Of a stretch of DNA of 64,000 nt, positions 55,350 to 64,000 are shown one piece after another. Location of the stretch: assembly GCA_964016885.1 (NCBI GenBank), contig OZ024750.1, forward strand, positions 20,398,001 through 20,462,000, written 5' to 3'. The first letter of the stretch is position 1. Every line of letters begins with the position of its first letter. This DNA is from Eledone cirrhosa (Eukaryota). The translations under genes were made by a program, and so were the position numbers. The notes beneath the pieces are model-generated. The model had not been told where the DNA came from. It worked only from the letters and a program-made list of their open reading frames with translations, and made no database searches.

Positions 55350-57129
55350 GAATACACACGCGCCGGCACTCACCAAACACTCACAAACGAAGAACATATT
55401 TAGCGAATGGTATTTCCTTTAATTTTTGAAACAGTAAATTATAAATAAACTAAAGTTTTAATAGGTAATAAATTTCGACTTCATATCTTCCACATAACAC
55501 AATTATATTTTCCAATATACATTTAAATTATCTATATATTGTTAGTTTTCTTTTCTCATTTAATTACATTGATTTAATGTGAATTTGAGATGGATAAGTT
55601 ATTACTTTTCACCATTTATTTCATTTTTATCAATGTTCATGTTCTGATTTAATAATGTATAAATTAGTACATATGAATTAGATAATATTGCAGTTTATAA
55701 TAATGCTAAAAAATAGTCACCTCTGTGTTGAATGATTATTTCCAGAGGAACTTAAGGAGAAACATAATTTTCGTATACATGATTTCTCCGGAACCATGTT
55801 CAAATGGTTAATGAACAGTCGTTAATTTCGCAAATGAGTATCATATATTCGACTAGTGGAACAGGTTGTTACTGAAATTAATGAGGAAATGCCAGAGCAT
55901 TCCACAGCGAGTGTACCGTGAATGCAATTCCCAAGGAAACCCAGGTTAGCATGGTGTGCGACAAGACTAGCCTTTTAAATAGCAAATACAGTATATGTCT
56001 GCTGTCGGTGGGAAATGTACCCATGTGAAAAATGGTTGTTTTTATTCTAGAATATAACTTCTCCAGGAATTTAACTTAGTTCTTTATGATAAGGAACCAA
56101 CAACATACCCAATTCGAACAAAATATGCAATTCAGTTTATGATAACGCTATATATGAAAGCACGAGTCTTAAATCCTCTCGTGTATGACTTCAGATCATA
56201 ATATTTGTGGTGGTCTCTTGGCAAATCTTTATTTCAGAACCAAAACAATTTATTTCATCTTTCTCAATTTAATATAGGCTTCAAAAATTCACTGTAACAA
56301 TAATTTAAATGATAATATTTGTTGCATATTGCTAAGCTGAATATTACCGAGTACTACCATAAAAGTACGTTTTTCTGGAATGCTTAGTCACTTGCATATT
56401 AACTTCAGTACCAGGTGAATCCATTTAGTGGACAACTGGAATATATCGTTAGGAACCAATGGCAATGCAACACCCCACAAATACACATATATACACCTCT
56501 CTAGAAATACTTATATTAGCAACGCATATACACAAGACTGAAATCACAAATGGGAAGAAAACAATAGGATAACATAGGAAGGGAAAAGAGAATTTAAATC
56601 TTGAACAACAGGCAGTGAGGGGCAAATCGCGCCCTTGTACGGGAGGAATGTTACCAATATGGACACCGAACAAATACTAAAACGTTGCCGCGTATAGCCC
56701 CAGAGACACGGACTGCATCAGTCATTCCACGTCATGGACCAGCTTCCATTATCTTGTGTGAGGCGTTTATGATTTGGTGAAGGACAAATGACAGTCATGA
56801 GACAAAGGGCAACGAATATACACCCTCGTGAGTCACATATTCCTCGATTGTGTATGAAAATTATCTGGACATATTTAAGTGTTATAAGAATTTGACTGTA
56901 ATATTGAACACTAGAGTAAAAGATAGAGAATGATATAATTATCAACATTGGTTGTTTATAATATATGGCAAATAGCCAACTAAACTGCATCGATATATCT
57001 TTTGACTCAGTATTTCACATCAAATGCCTTGCCAAAAACTATGTAGCGAAATAATATGCACGAATGTTCATATATATATTATTGTGTGTGTTTGTGTAGC
57101 AAGAGTCAGAGAATATCACGCATACACAC

Positions 57130-57193
<64 letters not shown>

Positions 57194-58282
57194 CGCCGTG
57201 TCTATTTCATTTATTTCATTCTATGATCAAATGCCGTAGTCTTTGATCAAACCCTGTAACATAATTATGCAGAGACCATAAATATTAATAACGGGTATTA
57301 CACAGTTCTTTATTATTTATTTGATGTTCCTCGTGTGGAAGGGTGGGTCTATATATTTTTCCTCTCTTTCTTCAAAAGCTAAAATGTAAACCAATGAAAA
57401 TGAGAAACAGTTTGAACACATGTCAAGTTCTATAAAGCTATATCCTTCCTTATTTTGACACATAAGTTGTTTGATCATTGTATTTTTATTACCTGTGTTA
57501 ATACTTTTATCTTCTCATAGATTTGTTTTTCTTTATACTGTCTTTCAAAAATTCATTTTTTTTCACTTTAAAATATTTTATATATGTTTTCCTATCTGAG
57601 GTAAGGTTGTATGAATCTGCAAATTTAATTACTTTAACGGTGTTTCTGAACAAGTGTTGTCTGACTTGTTATATGTGGTAGTACTTCTATTCGACGTAGG
57701 AATTTATTGCAAAATAAATTATTCTGCACACAAGAAGGCTATGATAATATATAATCTGAAGTGATTAAACATGCACTGTTGTCTAGTAGATGAACGAAGT
57801 GCGGAGAAAGTTTAGTTTTATATACCTTTAAAGATTATCCGCATATTAATAGAATGCATTCTGAAAATAACTATTTAATTGGCTTCCTATGATGAGATTA
57901 AAAGTGCTTAGAGTCCTGGAAAAATTAATTAGAATCCGTTCCCTCCTCATGATTCTAAACTAAATCTGGACATGTGTGAGTTTTCGTTATGATATTTTTG
58001 TATGTTAATATAATGTAAAATATTTATTTTCATAATAATTCATACAAGATGTACCATAAAATATATATGTCCATAGCAAGTGAGAAGGAGAATGGTAGAA
58101 AGATAGAAACCTATATAACTATAGTATAATGGTATTATGAAGTTTAAATGTGTGAGATACGCCCACCAAATCATTTTTCTGAAGCATTCGTAGATTCTCA
58201 GGAGGTATATTTAAAACTAATATATAATTTTCCCAGAAGACACAATTCATAGAAAAAAATATATGGAAAGCATGATCATTTC

Positions 58283-58346
<64 letters not shown>

Positions 58347-58415
58347 TAATATATATATATATATATGTGTGAGTGTGTGTGTATGTGTATGCATGTATGT
58401 ATATATATATATATG

Positions 58416-58451
58416 ATGATGATCCGAATAAGGTGAAACAATTGTTCGCGA
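58416..58451 (+). ncRNA. 5'-truncated hammerhead-like motif
   Basis: UGAUGA U CC-GAAUAA-GG U GAAA CAAUUG UU; palindromic stem III; C3 and the 5' strand of stem I are lost at the (TA)n junction. Confidence 0.45.
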
Positions 58452-58612
58452 TAATGGTGAACTAACTTTCGTGGAAATACTTATATATATAAATATAAGT
58501 ATATATATATATATATACTTATATTTATATATTTATATATATATATATATACATATATATATGGAATAGAATGAAACGTAATTTCATTTCTCACTCTTAG
58601 TTCGGCACTTAC

Positions 58613-59146
58613 TTAAATGTAAGTATGTATGTATGTATACGTACATACATATATGTATACAGACGTACACTAGTGTGTATATATATACATACATGCACAC
58701 ACATATATATGCACGTATCGGTTTACCTAACATTTATTATAATGCTCGGTTTGTTTGTAAACAAACAAACAGCCCGAATTACGCCGTTTTCGGTGTGCCC
58801 GGCCGACTGAACTCATTCGATATGCAAATTAGGCTGCTCAGCCGTTAATATGCATAAGGAAAGTATATACTTTAAAACGTTCAACCATCTGGCAGGAAGG
58901 TATACGATGCTGACGATAGCTAATAAGCTTGAAACTAGTACATCGTTCCTGTGTCAGTGTTGAACAAAAAGGTGATGTGGTTGCCTAAACACTGTACGGC
59001 GTAATTCTAACCGAGCATTATAATAAATGTTCGGTAAACCGATACGTGCATATATATGTGTGTGCATGTATGTATACATATACATACTGATGTACGTCTG
59101 TTACATATATGTATGTACGTATACATACATACATACTTACATTTAC
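58613..59146. mobile_element. PLE-like insertion with ~140-bp inverted termini (family I)
   Basis: 58613-58751 is the reverse complement of about 59009-59146; the same terminus occurs at 9700-9828. Confidence 0.8.
58904..58946 (+). ncRNA. minimal type I hammerhead ribozyme motif, family I
   Basis: ACGAUG CUGACGA U AGC-UAAUAA-GCU U GAAA CUAG UA CAUCGU: perfect 6-bp stem I, palindromic stem III, GUA site. Confidence 0.82.
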
Positions 59147-59885
59147 ATATATATACATATATATATATATACACACACATATATATATGTATAAGCCATG
59201 CGTGTGTCAGAGTGTGTGTGGGTGGTAAGCTTACTTAAGCCCATTAATGTTTTGTTTGTTTTATTCTTTGTAACGACTATACATTCTAAATACCGTTGGG
59301 AACGCGGTATACGCCAGGACGACATGCTACGATTTAGCTCCTTGAAAATGAGATTTTGCATTGTCATAAGTAAAATATGTGAACACGACATATTTCAGTT
59401 GCATTATTCAAAATTTAATTACTTCTAAACCTTGAAGGGGACGTTTTTGAATGGAATTATATAATCATTTTAATTAATACATCATTATTTGTTGAGAGAA
59501 TCTATAATATATGTATATTCGGCATAAAGCATGAAACATGGCAGTTTTCATATTAAATTTCTCACACAGCACTGCATGATAAAATCTGCATACGCCATAG
59601 ATATATCCTGGTAGATATTAAAAGAAATATTAATGATGTTTGTTTACATATATCTATCCTCTCCAATAAGTTTTGAGAAAATTCCATTTTTGCTAAAGAC
59701 CGGAATCTATGTGGGAATAATGAAACGGTACAGGTTCAGTTAGAACTACGAATCGGCTCAGCTTATTTTATAAACTTAATAGACAGACTTAATAAACGAA
59801 ATTGCAATTAATGTTTATATATATATATATATAAACATTAATTGCAATTAGGCTTGTTGAATACCAACAAATTAAATATAGCCTC

Positions 59886-59968
<83 letters not shown>

Positions 59969-59976
59969 ACGAGTAG

Positions 59977-60345
59977 GGCCCCGAAATACTTGCGCCCATC
60001 ACCGACCAGGAAAGAAATATCATCCTCCACGCCAGTAAGACAGTCCTACTTTTCGACAACTCCAAATGGATAAAGAGAGCTCCCGACTCCCCCTTCGACG
60101 TCAGTATGGGCGCGACGGATTCAGCTGAGGTCACAGATCTTATAGGATTATTCCTACTAGTTAAACTCACCAATATGTTTCCTGCATTCGGCGGTGGATT
60201 GTACCGTGATGATGGGCTCCATACCCTTAAAGGGTACAACCCCAGTAGTTCAGACCGGGTCCGTAAACAATTAATCACCTTCTTCCGAGACTGGGGATTA
60301 AAAATAACCCTACAAACGTCCCTAACCCGAGTAAACTTCCTGGAT
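59977..60345 (+). mobile_element. Penelope-like reverse transcriptase fragment (YRDD type)
   Basis: Open frame ITDQERNIILHASKTVLLFDNSKWIKRAPDSPFDVSMGATDSAEVTDLIGLFLL...GLYRDDGL...FFRDWGLKIT...VNFLD, covering the RT motif B' to E region; starts at a (TA)n tract. Confidence 0.88.
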
Positions 60346-61259
60346 AGAATTGGCCGACTTTGCTTTTTATAGCAGATGTGATAGACCACAGTTACTTGCT
60401 TTCTTATCCGATTGCTGCCACATTTCCGTGCTTTCTAGATTTCTTAGTAGTGTCTCTGCTTTAGTTTCTCGTATATCAGTATTTCTTTTTTTTTTGGTGG
60501 TGGTGGTGGTGGGGGGGGGTTCTGAATTAATTTTTCGTATTAAATTTTTCCTATATATCGTACGAGCATTTATGTAGTTTGTATTAGAATTTATGTATCG
60601 CAGCGGCACTCTTATATATCGTATTAGTATTCATTTTCGGATTCTGAATTATTATTTCGTATTAGTTTCGGGACTCTGATTTATTATTTCGTAGTAGTTT
60701 CTTTATATTTTGGCCCCCTACTTGTGACCTGTCACTGTAAGATAGATTTGGTCGATTACTACTAACTCATAAAATTCTTTCACTACAATCTCGTCTTTAT
60801 TATTCCGTCCCACCTATTAAACTTTTCTATAGTTTAGCAGTACCAGTGAGAGACTTGATGATTGTGGTAGGGGAATAGTAAGCAGAAATTGTTTTTTTTT
60901 TGTTTTTTTTTTATATTTTTAACATTCTTATTAATCTTCTATATATTTACTCCATATTGATTTACTTATTGTTTCGACTTCCTCCCCCTCCCCCTCCCTA
61001 GTATACTCCTCTTGACCTCATATCCTGAGGATCCTGCTGTAGTTGGCACTATCAACGCACGACTGGGTTTCCACCACTCCCTCTCCCTCTTTCTACTACT
61101 GGCAAGTTCAGCTACCCCTTCCTTCCACAAAATGCCATGATAGAATTATGTGTCTCAACAACAGACTTTTGACCAATCCTTGTGACAATCACATTTACCA
61201 TATATGGAATTACCCCCTGAGAAGCTCAGCTATTCATGTACCAGGATAAAAATGTTCAT

Positions 61260-61398
61260 TTAGTCCAGAATTAGCCGTCGAAACGGCTTGAGCTCAGTCG
61301 TCGGGGACCTACTCGTTCGTATTACCCACTCTACTACCCTAAGTATTGAGTACTTTGGTGCATTATGGTCCATCTGGTTCCTTACCACATTTCCTTTG

Positions 61399-61400
<2 letters not shown>
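61260..61400 (+). mobile_element. PLE family C terminal fragment
   Basis: TAGTCCAGAATTAGCCGTCGAAACGGCTTGAGCTC..ATTACCCACTCTACTACCCTAAGTATTGAG..(TA)n. Confidence 0.8.
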
Positions 61401-61453
<53 letters not shown>

Positions 61454-61459
<6 letters not shown>

Positions 61460-61978
61460 ACAGATAACAAGGAGATTGGTTACGCCTTCATTACATTTAT
61501 TGGTTGGTGACGGTCGCAGGCTTAGGTGAGCGGTGGTGTGGGGTGGGTGTATTGTCGGTAGACATATTGGCATATATTTGTGGCTGATTTTTGAGTGTGG
61601 TGTGGGGGTGCTGTTGTTGTTTGTGGTAACGGTGTTTATGGTATTGTGATGGATGTGTTGGTTGTGTACAATTCAATAAAGAGATATATACATAGACACA
61701 CGTAGCCTGACAAAAACGTTGTATACATATACGTGTTTGTATATGTGTATAGAGAGAGGGGAAGAGCCAGTGGAGATGGCGTTGTACATAGAGAGAGGGG
61801 AGAGTCAATGGAGATGGCGTTGTACATATAAATATACTTACACGTCGAGCCGCATATTACAGCGTCGGGTAAGATCAATTCGGATCGAGCGTTGAGCTGA
61901 TCAGTGGCGAAACGCGCGTCACCAACCAATAAATGTAATGAAGTAGTAACCAATCGTCCTTGTTATCTTTTCACTATA
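61454..61978. mobile_element. PLE-like insertion with ~60-bp inverted termini and a partial hammerhead
   Basis: 61454-61512 inverted with 61918-61978; GGC GAAA CGCGCG TC ACCAAC at about 61906-61926; internal ~40-bp tandem duplication at 61750-61830. Confidence 0.65.
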
Positions 61979-62309
61979 ATACACTCTGTATAGCTCTACA
62001 CCTCGACACTGAAGTGAATCTAAACATCGAGTGCTCACGCGGGAGAACCTACAGTAACTCCAAGTTACATTCCATGGATATATATATGTATAAATATTTC
62101 GTATCTCAAACGAAATGCGGTTTTAGGAAGCCGTAGCTATGCTAACGCCCTCTGGTGCCAGCCATCATTGGCTGTGACGTCTTCAAGCAGTCTGGCTTGA
62201 TGTGGTAGAGATGGGTACACATGTTGTTTAAGTGTGTTTTACTCCGTCAATACTCCGATGTTTCCAGCTGATGGTTGCGTTGTTATTTCTCTGAGGAACT
62301 TCAGTCATA

Positions 62310-62912
62310 TGATTCCAGTTCCTCAGCGAAATTAAAACGCAACCAGTAGCTGGCCATATCGGAGTATTGGCGGAGTAAAACACACTTAAACAACATGTGT
62401 ACCCGTCTTATGATTCCAGTTCCTCAGCGAAATGAAAACGCAACCAGCAGCTGGCCATATCGGAGTATTGGCGGAGTAAAACACACTTAAACAACATGTG
62501 TACCCGCCTTATGATTGCAGTTCCTCAGAGAAATTAAAACGCAACCAGTAGCTGGCCATATCGGAGTATTGGCGGAGTAAAACACACTTAAACAACATGT
62601 GTACCCGCCTTATGATTGCAGTTCCTCAGAGAAATTAAAACGCAACCAGTAGCTGGCCATATCGGAGTATTGGCGGAGTAAAACACACTTAAACAACATG
62701 TGTACCCGCCTTATGATTGCAGTTCCTCAGAGAAATTAAAACGCAACCAGTAGCTGGCCATATCGGAGTATTGGCGGAGTAAAACACACTTAAACAACAT
62801 GTGTACCCGCCTTATGATTGCAGTTCCTCAGAGAAATTAAAACGCAACCAGCAGCTGAACATATCAGCGTATTGACGGAGTAAAACACACTTAAACATCA
62901 TGTGTACCCGTC
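62310..62912 (+). repeat. tandem array of six 101-bp units
   Basis: Units start at 62310, 62411, 62512, 62613, 62714 and 62815 (TGATT(C/G)CAGTTCCTCAG...GTGTACCCG(T/C)CTTA). Confidence 0.97.
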
Positions 62913-62930
62913 TCTACCACACCAATTCGG

Positions 62931-62985
62931 ACTGCCTGAAGACGTCACAGCCAATGATGGCTGTCACCGAAATATATATAGCAGT
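62931..62985 (+). ncRNA. type I hammerhead ribozyme motif, family J
   Basis: ACUGC CUGAAGA C GUCACAGCCA-AUGA-UGGCUGUCAC C GAAA UAUAUA UA GCAGU. Confidence 0.72.
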
Positions 62986-63226
62986 ATTTCTATAATTTAT
63001 AATAAACGAAGCCAAATTATACCTATTTGACTTAATTATTTTATATATATAATAATAGTGATACTATTTATAGTTATGTATATACTATAAACAACTACAA
63101 ACAGGAAAGGTCAGTAATTTCTTACTACCTTATTACCAGTAAGAGAAATAGCTCAATGTAAGCGAATTTGTTCTATTATTGTAGTTTGTATATAACAGAA
63201 AACAGTGCCTTTCTATCACCTTTCGA

Positions 63227-63261
<35 letters not shown>

Positions 63262-63274
<13 letters not shown>

Positions 63275-63356
63275 ACCATACACAAACACACACGCACACA
63301 CACACGCACACACAAACCCCCACACACATACACATACATGTATCTCTCTCTCTCTA

Positions 63357-63441
<85 letters not shown>

Positions 63442-63538
63442 ACCATACACAAACACACACGCACACACACACGCACACACAAACCCCCACACACATACAC
63501 ATACATGTATCTCTCTCTCTCTATCTCTCTTTCTCTCA

Positions 63539-63556
<18 letters not shown>
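63262..63556 (+). repeat. tandem duplication of a compound microsatellite block
   Basis: CACACATACACCATACACAAACAC..CCCCCACACACATACACATACATGTATCTCTC occurs at about 63264 and 63433. Confidence 0.9.
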
Positions 63557-63599
<43 letters not shown>

Positions 63600-63602
<3 letters not shown>

Positions 63603-63779
63603 TAATAATAATAAATGTGGAGACTAAAATCCAAAGAGGGCTCGATAAGGATAAATATATATCAAATATATAAGAACCCTAGAGCAAATATTTATTGAAA
63701 TAACAGGCTAAAGATTAGGCAAAGAATCACTGCTTTCAGCCTTAACCGTTAAGGGTGAAAGAAGCGATTATTTGCTTTA

Positions 63780-63785
<6 letters not shown>
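63600..63785 (-). mobile_element. PLE family E pseudo-LTR with fold-back at stem II loop
   Basis: GCAAAGAATCACTGCTTTCAGCCTTAAC CGTTAAGGGTGAAAGAAGCGATTATTTGC. Confidence 0.8.
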
Positions 63786-63833
<48 letters not shown>

Positions 63834-64000
63834 TAATTAGGACTGATACTAACACACCATGGTTCAACACTGTTTCTGGACAATACATCGTCACCTTTTC
63901 AAGGCGAAAACAATTTCATTTGATGGTATTTATTCGTATCAAACACATTTCCATACACCGATGACATCACATTTTCTACATAACTTTCTCTCCATTTTAT

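Larger units (their letters stand above)
62154..63045. mobile_element. PLE-like pseudo-LTR fold-back with internal tandem array (family J)
   Basis: 62154-62309 is the reverse complement of 62815-62968; hammerhead follows; ends in TA-rich tract. Confidence 0.8.

Noticed and set aside
59838-60389. 183-aa minus-strand ORF
   Set aside because: Antisense shadow of the plus-strand RT fragment plus (TA)n
62310-62912. CRISPR-like regular array
   Set aside because: Units are fully repeated with no unique spacers; eukaryotic context; no cas genes

Overview
AT-rich, microsatellite-saturated eukaryotic non-coding DNA (intergenic or a large intron). The repeat profile suggests a cephalopod, probably octopus, but this is inference. 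I can support no host gene exon; nearly all listed ORFs are (TA)n/(CA)n/(GA)n artefacts. The window contains many fragments of Penelope-like elements (PLEs) inserted in (TA)n tracts, including a GIY-YIG endonuclease ORF, a YRDD-type RT fragment and a linker fragment. It also holds two tRNA-derived SINE families (several copies with clear TSDs) and decayed RTE-like LINE pieces. The main hidden signal is that about eight unrelated PLE terminal-repeat families each carry a type I hammerhead-ribozyme fold read by eye. Several have non-canonical cores: U4A (CAGAAGA), compensated U3-A8, U.U or C.C at 10.1-11.1, or an extra G. Many insertions are fold-back palindromes that turn around at a hammerhead helix, placing ribozyme motifs on both strands. 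One has spawned a 101-bp tandem array. Ribozyme activity is predicted, not shown.
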